64,000 nt of DNA from NCBI GenBank assembly GCA_020073445.1, contig JAIQFE010000010.1, forward strand, positions 88,740 through 152,739, in the 5' to 3' direction. The stretch comes from Terriglobia bacterium (lineage in GTDB: Bacteria; Acidobacteriota; Terriglobia; Bryobacterales; Bryobacteraceae). Shown one piece after another: positions 8,575 to 18,518 of the stretch. The notes beneath the pieces were generated by a model. It did not search any database, was not told where the DNA came from, and saw only the letters and a program-made list of their open reading frames with translations. Every line of letters starts with the position of its first letter. Position 1 is the first letter of the stretch. The position numbers and the translations under genes were made by a program.

Positions 8575-9828
8575 TTACTCGCCGCGAATGAGGTCATCGA
8601 AGGTCTCGCGCTTGCGGATCACGCGCCAGGAACCGTTCTCGATCAATACCTCAACGGGGCGGGGACGGGCGTTGTAGTTGGAGGCTTGCGCGAAACCGTA
8701 AGCGCCAGTAGTGCACACGGCCAGAAGATCACCCGGAAACACTTCGGGCATCTGGCGATCCTGAGCCAGAAAATCGCCGGACTCGCAGACCGGCCCCACT
8801 ACATCCGCGCGCAGCCCGCAATCGGCTGACGTTGCGCGCAGCGGAAGGATCTCGTGATGCGCGTCGTAAAGAGCCGGGCGGATCAGGTCGTTCATGGCGG
8901 CATCCACCACCACGAATTCCTTGTCTCCGCTCTTCTTGCGATACAGCACGCGGGTGATCAGAACTCCCGCGTTGCCGACGATCGACCGCCCGGGTTCCAG
9001 GAACAAATGCAGATCATACCCGGCGACCTTCTCCCGGAGGGCGGCAGTAAATTCCGCGATGGGCGGAGCCGGCTCGTCCGGTCTGTAAGTCACGCCCAGG
9101 CCGCCACCGAGATCTGCGTGTCGGATGTCGAAGCCCTTGGCGCGCAAGCAGGCGATCAACTCGAGGACGCGGTCCGCGGCTTTCATCATCGGCTCAAAAT
9201 CGAACTGCTGCGAGCCTATGTGGCAGCTCACTCCTTCGAGCAGCAGGTTTTCGTACAGGCGGGCGCGTTCATAGACCGCCTCGGCCTGGCCGATATCGAC
9301 TCCGAACTTGTGGCCCAGACTCCCGGTCGCGATATGGGCGTGAGTGTCGGCGGCCACGTCAGGATTCACGCGGAGCGCAACACGAGCCTTGATCCCGCGG
9401 CGATGTGCCAGAGCATCCACGAGGGCAAGTTCCGGCTCCGATTCGCAATTGAACGCGAAGATTCCCGCGGCGAGCGCGGCATCGATCTCCTCCGAGGTTT
9501 TGCCCACGCCCGAGAAAACAACCTTGGCGGGATCGCCCCCGGCTTTGAGAACGCGATACAACTCGCCTCCGGAGACGATGTCGAAACCGGCGCCGGCGGC
9601 CGCGAGCAGGCGCAGGATCGCCAAATTGCCGTTGGCTTTCATCGCATAACATACTGTGTGCGGAACGCCCTGCAACGCGTCGTCATAGGCGTGATAATTC
9701 GCCAGAATGGTGGCGGCGGAGTACACATAGCACGGCGTTCCGACCTTAGCCGCGATGTCGGCCAGTACTACGCCGTCGCAGGAAAGAGCGCGACCCACAT
9801 AATCCATCGGTCTCATTGCCGGCTTCAT
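8575..9828 (-). CDS. lysA: Diaminopimelate decarboxylase.
   Basis: 417 aa. Fold-III PLP decarboxylase signatures (..CYAMKANGNLAILRLLAAAGAGFDIVSGGEL.., ..CESGDFLA..). Its start overlaps the stop of the upstream gene by 4 nt. Confidence 0.85.
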   Translation of the reverse strand: MKPAMRPMDYVGRALSCDGVVLADIAAKVGTPCYVYSAATILANYHAYDDALQGVPHTVCYAMKANGNLAILRLLAAAGAGFDIVSGGELYRVLKAGGDPAKVVFSGVGKTSEEIDAALAAGIFAFNCESEPELALVDALAHRRGIKARVALRVNPDVAADTHAHIATGSLGHKFGVDIGQAEAVYERARLYENLLLEGVSCHIGSQQFDFEPMMKAADRVLELIACLRAKGFDIRHADLGGGLGVTYRPDEPAPPIAEFTAALREKVAGYDLHLFLEPGRSIVGNAGVLITRVLYRKKSGDKEFVVVDAAMNDLIRPALYDAHHEILPLRATSADCGLRADVVGPVCESGDFLAQDRQMPEVFPGDLLAVCTTGAYGFAQASNYNARPRPVEVLIENGSWRVIRKRETFDDLIRGE

Positions 9829-11579
9829 GCAAGCACCCTCATCACAACTACCGTTTGATCGTCGAAGATCTGCGCGGATCCGCGGAACTTGTCCACGGCC
9901 GCGATGATGGCGTCCGCAATGGCCTGTGGAGCCTCGGTCCCCTGCTTCTTGAGAACACGCATGATGCGCTCGCGGCCGAATTCGTCGCCCTTTTCGTTGG
10001 GCTGCTCGTCGACGCCGTCCGAGTAAAGGACCAGAACATCGCCCGGTTCGGATGCGATTTCCACTTCATCGTATTCACGGCCCTCGAGCAAACCGATGGG
10101 CACGCCTTCGATCTTAGTCTCCAGAATCTCACCCTTGCGAAGAACCAAAGGTGGTGCGGAGCCGGCATTCGAAAGTAGAAAGTGCCGCGAAGCCGGTTGC
10201 CACAGGGCAATCAGAAGCGTGGCGTATTGAGCTTCCACTTTCCGTTCGAGCAGCGTTTCATTTAGCTTCTGAATCAGCTCCGCGGGCTGGCGCCGCCGCG
10301 AGAGTGTCCGGAGCAATCCCGAGAGCAGTGCTCCGTACAAAGCGGCCGCGGCACCTTTTCCACTTACGTCTCCAAACGCAATGACGCAGGCGCCCTCCTC
10401 GGCGTGATCGAAAAACCCGAACACGTCGCCGGAGATTTCCCGAGCCGGGCGGTTTCGGATCCCGGTCACGAGGCCCTGTATTTCCGGATCTTCGCGCGGC
10501 AATAGGATGCGCTGGACCTTGCGCGCCGCCTTCAAATCCTGATCCATGCGCTGCTCGCGCTGGTTCACTTCCTCATACAGACGGGCGTTCTCTACGGAAC
10601 TCGCGATCTGCTGGGCCAGCAGGGAGAGCGTGCGCTGATGGTCCTCGGTGAAGAATGAGATGCGCTCGCTTTCCACGTCGAGCACGCCGGCGACGCGGTC
10701 CTGCACGATCAGCGGAACCGCGAGTTCCGATCGGATTCCTGGATGCGAGGCGATATAGCGCGAATCGGCGCCGGTATCGAGCACACGAACCGGCTCGCGC
10801 GATTCCACGGCCGCGCCGGTAATGCCTTTTCCCAGGGGAATGTTGTCGATCTTCACTCTCTTGTCGTAGCGAACACTGAAGCGGTTTCGCAGAATGCTCC
10901 GTTCGTTGTCCACCAGGAAGACGCTGAAGGCATCGTAAGGGATCAGAGCCCGCGTAGCCGAGGCAATCTTCGTCAGCAGCTCATCCAGATCCAGGATCGC
11001 GCTAAATTCCCGCGAAAGATGAGCCAGGGTCCGAAGGGTGCGATTCTGCCGGTCGACGCGCCGGTACAGCCTGGCGTTTTCAATAGAAGAGGCCACGCGC
11101 GAACCGATCAGGCTGAGCATGGAACGGTCCTGCTCGCCGTAGGCCTTCACGCGAGTCGACTGGACGTCAAGCACGCCCACCAGCTTGCCCCGGGCGGTCA
11201 TCGGCACGGCCAATTCGCTGCGAACGGCGTCCAGAGCGTTCAGATATCGCGGGTCCTGGCTGACGTCTTCGACCAGCACGGGCTCGCGACGCGCAGCGGC
11301 TGTTCCGACGATTCCCTCACCGAGAGGAATCGACAGGCTGCGCACAACTTCCTCACGGTGTCCGATGGCGTGCCGGATGGTGAGCGCGTGCGTCCGCTCG
11401 CTGTACAGCAGAATGGCGAACACATCGTAGGGAACCACTTCCTTCACGATGGAGGCGATGGTCGAAAGCTGCTCCGCCAGATCGAGCGTCTCAGAGCTGA
11501 CGCGCGACACTTCGAGAAGAAAGTCCAGAAGTTCGGCGCGCTCCCGGAAACGAAGCGCGGTACGGCGTGGGGTTGTCAC
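9825..11579 (-). CDS. GAF-GAF-PP2C (SpoIIE-type) serine phosphatase, probably a partner-switching regulator.
   Basis: 584 aa. Two GAF-like segments (..[27 protein letters not shown].. and ..[27 protein letters not shown]..) are followed by a PP2C core (..[13 protein letters not shown].., ..[11 protein letters not shown]..). Confidence 0.8.
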   Translation of the reverse strand: MTTPRRTALRFRERAELLDFLLEVSRVSSETLDLAEQLSTIASIVKEVVPYDVFAILLYSERTHALTIRHAIGHREEVVRSLSIPLGEGIVGTAAARREPVLVEDVSQDPRYLNALDAVRSELAVPMTARGKLVGVLDVQSTRVKAYGEQDRSMLSLIGSRVASSIENARLYRRVDRQNRTLRTLAHLSREFSAILDLDELLTKIASATRALIPYDAFSVFLVDNERSILRNRFSVRYDKRVKIDNIPLGKGITGAAVESREPVRVLDTGADSRYIASHPGIRSELAVPLIVQDRVAGVLDVESERISFFTEDHQRTLSLLAQQIASSVENARLYEEVNQREQRMDQDLKAARKVQRILLPREDPEIQGLVTGIRNRPAREISGDVFGFFDHAEEGACVIAFGDVSGKGAAAALYGALLSGLLRTLSRRRQPAELIQKLNETLLERKVEAQYATLLIALWQPASRHFLLSNAGSAPPLVLRKGEILETKIEGVPIGLLEGREYDEVEIASEPGDVLVLYSDGVDEQPNEKGDEFGRERIMRVLKKQGTEAPQAIADAIIAAVDKFRGSAQIFDDQTVVVMRVLA

Positions 11580-12262
11580 TGCTTGATGGCCTCCACGATT
11601 TGAACTCCGGAGCTGGTGCCGATGCGATTCGCACCCGCTGCTCGCATGGCTTCCAGGTCTTCCAGAGTACGGACTCCGCCAGACGCCTTGACGCCGATAT
11701 CCGAACCGACGGTGCGACGCATCAGGGTTACATCGTGGACCGTTGCGCCTTGGGTCGAGAATCCCGTGGAGGTCTTGACGAAATCTGCGCCGGCCTGCTG
11801 ACTGATGGTGCAGGCGGCGATCTTTTGATCGTCATTCAGCAGGCAAGTTTCGAGAATCACCTTGACGATCGCGCCGCGAGCGTGAGCGGCAGTCACCACA
11901 GCCGCGATGTCGGCGCGGACCGCATCGAGGTTGCCCCCGCAAAGCTCCCCGATATTCAACACCATGTCGACTTCCCGTGCTCCCGCGGCGATGACCGCTT
12001 CCGTTTCCGCCACCTTGATGGCCGTGGTATTCGCGCCCAGCGGGAATCCCGCGACAGCAGCTACTTGCACGGGAGATCCAGCCAGCTCGGACGCCGCCAA
12101 CCCAACCCAGTAGGGATTTACGCACACCGTGGCGAATCCGTACAGGCGCGCTTCCTGGCACAACCGGCGGATATCAACGCCGGTCGCCTGCGGTTTGAGC
12201 AGGGTGTGGTCGATCAGGGCGGCGATCTCGCGCACGAGTCCCACTGAGGTACTTGGGGGCAT
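11576..12262 (-). CDS. deoC: Deoxyribose-phosphate aldolase.
   Basis: 228 aa. DeoC signature including the Schiff-base lysine region (..[10 protein letters not shown]..) and ..[29 protein letters not shown]. Confidence 0.85.
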   Translation of the reverse strand: MPPSTSVGLVREIAALIDHTLLKPQATGVDIRRLCQEARLYGFATVCVNPYWVGLAASELAGSPVQVAAVAGFPLGANTTAIKVAETEAVIAAGAREVDMVLNIGELCGGNLDAVRADIAAVVTAAHARGAIVKVILETCLLNDDQKIAACTISQQAGADFVKTSTGFSTQGATVHDVTLMRRTVGSDIGVKASGGVRTLEDLEAMRAAGANRIGTSSGVQIVEAIKQ

Positions 12263-12316
12263 TCTTCATAATATCGTGCTCGTCGGCACAATGGCCTTCG
12301 GTATTATGAAGAGATC

Positions 12317-13537
12317 ATGGAAACCGCCGTAGCCACGCCTGCCACATCGGTAATCGATCTAGAAGCCAAGTACTTATTCCAAAACTATGCGCGGTACCCG
12401 CTGGTCCTGCATCGTGGCAAAGGATGCTACGTCTACGATACGTCCGGCAAGCGCTATCTGGATCTGATTGCCGGCATCGGAGTGAATGCCCTGGGCCACG
12501 CCCACCCGCGCCTGATGAAGGTGATCCGGGAGCAGGCCGGGCGAATGCTCCACTCCTCGAATCTGTACTATCACGAGTATCAGGGACCGCTCGCGGAGCG
12601 CATCGCTAAAGTCACCGGTCTGGACCGCGTGTTCTTCTGCAACTCGGGAACCGAGGCCATGGAAGGCGCGCTCAAGATCATCCGCGCGCACGGCAAGAAA
12701 ATCAGCCCCCACAAGTTTGAGACGGTGGCCTTGTTCGATTCCTTTCACGGCCGGACGTTCGGCGCCCTTTCGATCACAGGCCAGGAGAAGTATCGCAGCG
12801 ACTTTGAACCGATGCTGCCCGGGGCCCGCTTCGTGCATCGCAACGACATCGGTGCGCTGGAGCAAGTGATCGGCGAGAATACGGCGGGGATCGTCATCGA
12901 GATTGTGCAGGGCGAAGGCGGGATCAATCCTCTGACCGACGAATATATCCGCGCGGCCCGCGACCTGGCGAACCGCCACAATGCGCTGCTGGTATTCGAC
13001 GAGATCCAGTGCGGCGTCGGGCGGCCCGGAGCCTATTTCTCGTATCAATTGCTGGATCCCGTGGTGATGCCCGATATCACCACGGCTGCCAAGCCGCTAG
13101 CGTGTGGGGTTCCTCTGGGCTTTGTCGCGGCCACCGAGCGCGCGGCGAATGCGATCGGCAAGGGCCAGCACGGGACCACGTTCGGCGGCGGACCGCTGGC
13201 GTGCCGGATCGCTCTTGAGTTCTTCGACATCCTGGACGAGCTGCTCCCGAACATCATCCATGTTGGCGGGTATTTCCGGATGCAGTTGATGGAACTGGCC
13301 AAGAAGTTCTCGTTCATCCAGGAAGTGCGCGGCTACGGCCTGATGATCGGAGTGGAGCTTGAGTTCTCGGGCAAGCAGATCGTGCTGGATGCCATGGAGC
13401 AGGGCCTGTTGATTAACTGCACGCACGATAAGGTTCTCCGCGCGCTGCCGCCTTATATCTTGAGCGAGCAGGATGTGGACCGGGCAGTGAGCGTGCTGAA
13501 AAAGGTCTTCAAGAAGGCGAAGCCGCCGGAAGCCTAA
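12317..13537 (+). CDS. argD: Acetylornithine/succinylornithine aminotransferase (class-III PLP aminotransferase).
   Basis: 406 aa. N-terminal ..LHRGKGCYVYDTSGKRYLDLIAGIGVNALGHAHP.., then ..VFDEIQCGVGRPGAYF.. and ..TAAKPLACGVPLG.. (the PLP lysine is in the T..K motif). Confidence 0.85.
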   Translation: METAVATPATSVIDLEAKYLFQNYARYPLVLHRGKGCYVYDTSGKRYLDLIAGIGVNALGHAHPRLMKVIREQAGRMLHSSNLYYHEYQGPLAERIAKVTGLDRVFFCNSGTEAMEGALKIIRAHGKKISPHKFETVALFDSFHGRTFGALSITGQEKYRSDFEPMLPGARFVHRNDIGALEQVIGENTAGIVIEIVQGEGGINPLTDEYIRAARDLANRHNALLVFDEIQCGVGRPGAYFSYQLLDPVVMPDITTAAKPLACGVPLGFVAATERAANAIGKGQHGTTFGGGPLACRIALEFFDILDELLPNIIHVGGYFRMQLMELAKKFSFIQEVRGYGLMIGVELEFSGKQIVLDAMEQGLLINCTHDKVLRALPPYILSEQDVDRAVSVLKKVFKKAKPPEA

Positions 13538-13604
13538 TAGTGTAGTGGGGACAGGCTACTCTGTCCCCTCGCGTTAACTCGTGATTTCGCGCACGGGCCT
13601 GGGA

Positions 13605-13630
13605 GTGGACAGAGCTGCCTGTCCCTATTT
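13605..13630 (+). terminator. Putative intrinsic terminator of argD.
   Basis: Hairpin GGACAG-agctgc-CTGTCC (13607..13624) followed by CTATTTT. A second hairpin, GGGGACAG-gctact-CTGTCCCC at 13547..13568, uses the same GGACAG/CTGTCC arms. Both lie in the convergent gap between argD and the guanylyltransferase gene. Confidence 0.45.
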
Positions 13631-13652
13631 TCAGCAAACCGGCCTCACGCGG

Positions 13653-14726
13653 CTACAACAGATGATGGTGGCCGGCCGCTTCCAGGAGCTTCACCAGCTC
13701 GCCGACCTGCTGGGCACGGCCGCGGTCGGCGATGAGCAAAGCGTCGGGCGTATCGACCACGATCAGGTCTTTCACGCCTAGCAGCGCTACCAGCTTCTTC
13801 TCGGCGTCGACGTAATTGCCCGTGCTGTTCTCGATCATGGTGTGCGTGCGCAGGGCATTGCCCGCCCGGTCGCGCGCATGCAGCTCATACACGGCGTTCC
13901 AGCTGCCGACGTCGTTCCAGGCGATATCGCCCGCCGGCAGTCCGACCACGTTGGCCGCACGTTCGAGCACGGCGTAATCGATCGAGATGTTCTCAGTCTT
14001 GGGAAACGCCTCTCCGAGGCTCTTGGCAAATTTCCGTGAACCGAACGGAGGAAGACTGGCCAGCAGGCTCGCGGTCTTGGGCAGATGCTGACGCAAGGCG
14101 TCCAGCAGGACCGATGTCTTCCAGAAGAACATTCCCGCATTCCAATAGAAATTGCCTGCTTTAAGAAAACGCGCGGCAGTCTTGGCGTCGGGCTTTTCGC
14201 GGAACCGCTTCACTGGCAGCGACTCCGACCCGCCGGGCTGCACGCCCTTCGGAAACTCGATATAGCCGTAACCGGTCTCGGGCCAGCGCGGCTGAATCCC
14301 CAGCACCACGATCTTGCCGGCCCGCGCGGCCTTCAGGGCGGCCTTGAGCAGGCGGACGTACTCACGCGGCTTGCCGATCACGTGGTCGGCCGGGAATACG
14401 CCCATGATCGATTCCGGATCGAGGCCGTAAAGAATCTGCGCAGCCAGGCCAATCGCGGGCGCCGTGTTGCGCTGAGCGGGCTCGGCCAGGATCTGGCGCT
14501 TGGGGACTTCCGGGAGCTGGCGAACGATCTCGTCCCGCAGATGGCCATTCGTGAGGATCCAGATTCGCTCGGGAGGCAGGACGGGACGCAGCCGGTCGAC
14601 GGTCTGCTGGATCAGGGAGCGGTCGCCGAACAGCCGCAAAACTTGTTTGGCAGTTGCGCGGCGGCTCTTGGGCCAGAAGCGGGTTCCCCGGCCACCGGCC
14701 AGTATCAGTCCGTGCACGTGTTCCAT
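13653..14726 (-). CDS. Mannose-1-phosphate guanylyltransferase (nucleotidyltransferase only; no PMI domain).
   Basis: 357 aa. Start MEHVHGLILAGGRGTRFWPKSR, the G-x-G-T-R sugar-nucleotidyltransferase motif. Length fits ManC/CpsB without the isomerase domain. Confidence 0.8.
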   Translation of the reverse strand: MEHVHGLILAGGRGTRFWPKSRRATAKQVLRLFGDRSLIQQTVDRLRPVLPPERIWILTNGHLRDEIVRQLPEVPKRQILAEPAQRNTAPAIGLAAQILYGLDPESIMGVFPADHVIGKPREYVRLLKAALKAARAGKIVVLGIQPRWPETGYGYIEFPKGVQPGGSESLPVKRFREKPDAKTAARFLKAGNFYWNAGMFFWKTSVLLDALRQHLPKTASLLASLPPFGSRKFAKSLGEAFPKTENISIDYAVLERAANVVGLPAGDIAWNDVGSWNAVYELHARDRAGNALRTHTMIENSTGNYVDAEKKLVALLGVKDLIVVDTPDALLIADRGRAQQVGELVKLLEAAGHHHLL

Positions 14727-14741
14727 GGGATTACTGGGCTC

Positions 14742-15476
14742 TTATTGAACTGGGTATCCGCGAATCAGCTTCAGTTCCCGATCCCAGCGCGTCTTGAAGA
14801 AGAAATTCTTGGCGAGATCGATGAAGTGATCGGAGCTGTAACCCACCAGGTCCGCGGTGGGCGCGTCGTAGGACCAGAAGATCAGCAGGGGCTTGCCGAT
14901 GATGTTCTCGCGCGGCACAAAGCCCCAATAGCGGCTGTCGAGCGAGTTATCGCGGTTATCGCCCATGGCGAAATAGCTGTCGGGCGGGACCACCAGCTCG
15001 CCGTTCTGCACATGCTCGGCGAGCATCTGTTTTGCGCGGTCATAAACGGGACCATCCGGCTCTGTCGGGAAATTATCGCGATACGGATCCGGGCTGGGGA
15101 AAATATGCTGCGCGTACGGCTCGGTGAGCGGCTTACCGTTCAAATAGACCACCTTGTTGACGAGGTGAATGTGGTCGCCCGGGACGCCCATTACTCGCTT
15201 CACGTAATTCTGCGAGATGTCCATCGGGTAACGGAACACGATGATATCGCCGCGCTTGGGCTCCGTGTACGGCAGTATGTAGCGGGAAATTGAGCCGGGC
15301 GGGGCATAGGACAGCTTGTCTACCAAGAGGTGATCTCCCACCATCACGGTGGTGTCCATGGAGGGCGTGGGCACGATGAAAGCTTGCACCAACGTCGTGG
15401 TGCCGAACAGCAGAATCAGGATGTTCAGAGTCCACTCGTGGAAAAAGTTCCGGACGGAGTCGGCGTATCGGGTCAT
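14742..15476 (-). CDS. lepB: Signal peptidase I.
   Basis: 244 aa. Catalytic Ser box ..VPTPSMDTTVMVGDHLLVDK.., Lys box ..KRGDIIVFRYP.. and ..YVKRVMGVPGDHIHL.. Confidence 0.85.
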   Translation of the reverse strand: MTRYADSVRNFFHEWTLNILILLFGTTTLVQAFIVPTPSMDTTVMVGDHLLVDKLSYAPPGSISRYILPYTEPKRGDIIVFRYPMDISQNYVKRVMGVPGDHIHLVNKVVYLNGKPLTEPYAQHIFPSPDPYRDNFPTEPDGPVYDRAKQMLAEHVQNGELVVPPDSYFAMGDNRDNSLDSRYWGFVPRENIIGKPLLIFWSYDAPTADLVGYSSDHFIDLAKNFFFKTRWDRELKLIRGYPVQ

Positions 15477-15482
15477 GGGATC

Positions 15483-16442
15483 CTACTTGATCGGATAGCC
15501 GTGGATCAGCATGAAGCTGCGGCGCCAACGGGTCTTAGTGAAGATATGCTCCGCCAGGTCGACAATATGATCCAGGCTGATGGAGGAAGTATTGAGCTGA
15601 TCCGTGGGCGCGTCGTAGGACCAGTAAATGACCAACGGCTTGCCGATGATGTTCTCGCGCGGAACGAATCCCCAGTAGCGGCTGTCGAGCGACGAATCGC
15701 GGTTATCGCCCATCGCGAAATAGGAATTGGGCGGAACCACAACTTCCCCGTTGACGACGTGATTCAGCAGCATGTCGGTCGCGCGGCGGTCCACGGAAAC
15801 GTTCGGCTCACCCGGGAAATTATCGCGATAAGAATCGATGTAGTCCGACTTGTGATACGTGTACGGCTCATCCAGGCGAACGCCATTCAGGTACACCTGC
15901 TTGTTGATGACGCGGATGCGGTCGCCGGGAACGCCGATGCAGCGCTTGACGAAAGTCTGGTTGATCTCCACCGGATAGCGGAAGACGATGATGTCGCCGC
16001 GCTTCACATCGGTATACGGCAGGAGATACTTGCTCACCGGACCATAGGGAGCGAACGCCAGCTTGTCGACCAGAAGATGATCGCCGATTAGCAGCGTATC
16101 TTCCATGGATCCCGTCGGAATCACATACGCCTGGACCAGGGTCGTGGTCAGGAACAGCAGCAGCAGGATGGTGATGGTCCATTCGGCGATGGTGCTGCGC
16201 GGGCGCTCATGGTTCGGATCGTCTGGAGCAACGACCGGAGCAGCAGGTACCGCTTCTTCGGTGGCGACGGCGCCGTTAAGGCCCGGCGACTCGGCCGGTT
16301 GCAACTGAGGGACCTCGGAGACAGTACCCGAACTCAAGGGCGGGGAGGGGTCCGTGGGATCTTGGGGGGTCACTACTTCTATCTTACCGGATAGCCGGGA
16401 AAGCCCCAATTCGAGGCGAAGCGGGCGGTAGAATACCAGCAT
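15483..16442 (-). CDS. lepB: Signal peptidase I paralog with a longer N-terminal cytoplasmic extension. The start is uncertain; the track ORF extends to 16661.
   Basis: The C-terminal about 250 aa parallel the adjacent lepB (..IPTGSMEDTLLIGDHLLVDK.., ..KRGDIIVFRYP.., ..FVKRCIGVPGDRIRV..). I placed the start at the ATG at 16442..16440 (MLVFYRPL...). It overlaps the divergent ATG of the 16441 gene by 2 nt, so the true start could be elsewhere. Confidence 0.7.
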   Translation of the reverse strand: MLVFYRPLRLELGLSRLSGKIEVVTPQDPTDPSPPLSSGTVSEVPQLQPAESPGLNGAVATEEAVPAAPVVAPDDPNHERPRSTIAEWTITILLLLFLTTTLVQAYVIPTGSMEDTLLIGDHLLVDKLAFAPYGPVSKYLLPYTDVKRGDIIVFRYPVEINQTFVKRCIGVPGDRIRVINKQVYLNGVRLDEPYTYHKSDYIDSYRDNFPGEPNVSVDRRATDMLLNHVVNGEVVVPPNSYFAMGDNRDSSLDSRYWGFVPRENIIGKPLVIYWSYDAPTDQLNTSSISLDHIVDLAEHIFTKTRWRRSFMLIHGYPIK

Positions 16443-17355
16443 GTTACGTCTCACTCTCTTTGGTGTCCTCGCGCTGGGAAGCGCGTATGGGGCTTCGTGC
16501 GATCGGGCGTGTTTGAAGACCACGCTGGACCAGTATCTGACCGCCGTGGTGCAGCACAAGCCGGCGTCCGCGCCACTATCCGTCGGGTTCCGGCAGACCG
16601 AAAATGCGATGGTGCGGAGGCTGGGCACGGGCCTATGGGAAAGCGCAAAAGGTCTGGGCAAGCTCCAGCTCAGATTTTTCGATCCGGAGAGCGGGCAGGC
16701 AGGCTATTTCGGAACACTGGAAGAGGCGACCGGCCCCGCCATCGTGACGCTGCGGATGAAGGTCGAGGACCGCAAAATCTCCGAGGCTGAATGGGTACTG
16801 GCGAGGAAGGGCGATCCGGGCTTGGGGCCCCTTGGTGGTGGACAGGCAACAGCAGCCTACAACGATGTCCCTAATCTGCTGGCACACGCACCGGGCGAGC
16901 GCGTTGCTCCGAAAGCCGGGCGCGTTTCCCGCTCGGAGTTGATCGCCATCACCAACAGCTATTGGGACGGGCTGTCGGCGCATGACGGAAAGCTCATTCT
17001 GGCGCACCCCGGCTGCACGCGACTCGAGAACGGGACGCTGACGACGCAACGGTCGCTTCCGGCGGGCGGCGAGACGGACTGCACATCGGAAGGAGCCATG
17101 GCGAATATTTTCGCGGTGACGGCCCGGCGCTATCCTATCGTCGATGAAGAGGCCGGAGTGGTGCTTAGCCTGGTGCTCTTTGAGCGCAAGCCAGGCATCG
17201 CGATGCGCCGCAATCTTCTGGCCGAGTGGTTCTTCATCGAACAGGGCAAGATTCGCTCGATCTACGCGTCGATGTACTATCCAGATGCGGAAGCGATGGC
17301 GCCGAACTGGCCGCCCTATGACGGCAACTGGCCGATTTTGCCGGCGCCTAAATAG
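16441..17355 (+). CDS. Hypothetical secreted protein.
   Basis: 304 aa. Signal peptide MLRLTLFGVLALGSAYGASC. Protein-like composition, no family recognised. Its 3' end overlaps the convergent NMO gene by about 40 nt. Confidence 0.5.
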   Translation: MLRLTLFGVLALGSAYGASCDRACLKTTLDQYLTAVVQHKPASAPLSVGFRQTENAMVRRLGTGLWESAKGLGKLQLRFFDPESGQAGYFGTLEEATGPAIVTLRMKVEDRKISEAEWVLARKGDPGLGPLGGGQATAAYNDVPNLLAHAPGERVAPKAGRVSRSELIAITNSYWDGLSAHDGKLILAHPGCTRLENGTLTTQRSLPAGGETDCTSEGAMANIFAVTARRYPIVDEEAGVVLSLVLFERKPGIAMRRNLLAEWFFIEQGKIRSIYASMYYPDAEAMAPNWPPYDGNWPILPAPK

Positions 17356-18437
17356 GCAGCGGCGTCGTCCCAGATCTGTTGGACCAGATCGGCGGCTGGG
17401 ATCGGTCGTGCCAGCGCGGCGGATTGACCTGCCCACACTTGCATGCGATGGTGGTCGCCGGCGGCGGCACCGGCTTCTTTCATCGCGGCGGTCAAGCCTC
17501 GCTGGACCGGATACGGTGCGGGAAGCGGAGCATCGTGCGATGCAGCCGCTCGTACATAATTGGTCGCGATCGCGCGGCCCAGGCGTCCGGTAAAAGCTCT
17601 GGTGAGTGTGGTGCCTTCGGGTTCGAGATCGACGAGCGCGTTTGCCCACGCGGGATGGGTCTGGGCTTCCGGACACCGTAGAAAGGCCGTCCCGAGCATC
17701 GCCGTACTGGCGCCCAGAGTCAAAGCGGCGGCCACGCCCCGGCCGTCGCCAATCCCGCCGGTCGCGATGATCGGGAGGTCGATCACATCGGCAAGACGGG
17801 GGACCAGTGCGAACAAACCCACGCCTTGGCGCTCGGCGGCCGCAGGGTCGGCTGGGTAAAAGAACGATCCTCGATGGCCACCGGCTTCATAACCCTGGGC
17901 GATGATCGCATCCGCACCCGCATCGCGCGCGAGTTTTGCCTCGTGGATCGTGGTGGCGGTTGCGAACCACGCGATACGACGGTCCTTTAGCCGTGTCACA
18001 AAGGACGCGGGGAACACGCCCATGATGGAAGACACGGCTGTGGGCGCGACCTCCAGCAACGTCTCGCACTGCGCATCGAAGTCAGGCGGAACCGTGTCAC
18101 CGGCAGACGCCGGCACCGTTGGACCCCACGACTCGAGAAATTTCCTGATTCGTTCCTCGGTGGCAGGATCCCGGATTGGCTTGGGATCTGGAATCCACAG
18201 GTTTATCTGGAAGGGACCGCTGCTGCTGGATCGGAATTCCTGTACCTACGAGCGGATTCCCGCGGGTGGTGTGAGCAGGGCGCCGGTCGCACCCATTCCC
18301 CCGGTGTTCGCCACGGCGATGGAGAGGCTCGCAGGAGAGGCACCTGCCATGGGAGCAACCAGTATGGGGACCTTGAGGCCGTATGTTTCGCAGAATGAGT
18401 TGGCGCGATCGAGTGGGAGCGATCTCTTGATCGTCAT
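17316..18437 (-). pseudogene. Nitronate monooxygenase (2-nitropropane dioxygenase family) interrupted by a single in-frame TAG at 18248..18246.
   Basis: Track ORFs 18246..18437 (MTIKRSL...VPILVAPMAGASPASLSIAVANTGGMGATG...) and 17316..18116 are in the same frame. My manual translation across the gap gives ...PAGIRS*VQEFRSSSSGPFQINLWIPDPKPIRDPATEERIRKFLESWGPTVPASAGD... This contains the NMO PFgvNl-type motif (GPFQINLW) and continues into ..IIAQGYEAGGHRG.. The only interruption is one amber codon. Confidence 0.65.
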
Positions 18438-18518
18438 GCTCTCAATATAACCGCGGAATTACGTCTGAACCTTTGGGTGGTGACCGCTCCATCACCGTCG
18501 CGGCTCGGTACAGGGGAG

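Noticed and set aside
8854-9858. 334-aa plus-strand ORF opposite lysA.
   Set aside because: Antisense to lysA. No recognisable features.
14085-15293. 402-aa plus-strand ORF spanning the guanylyltransferase and lepB genes.
   Set aside because: Crosses two well-supported minus-strand genes. GC-rich antisense frame.
16633-17676. 347-aa Arg-rich minus-strand ORF.
   Set aside because: Antisense to the 16441..17355 secreted-protein gene and to NMO. Composition (R/P/G/H) is non-protein-like.
17902-18450. 182-aa plus-strand ORF spanning the NMO interruption.
   Set aside because: The minus-strand frame carries clear NMO motifs on both sides of the TAG. The plus ORF is antisense.
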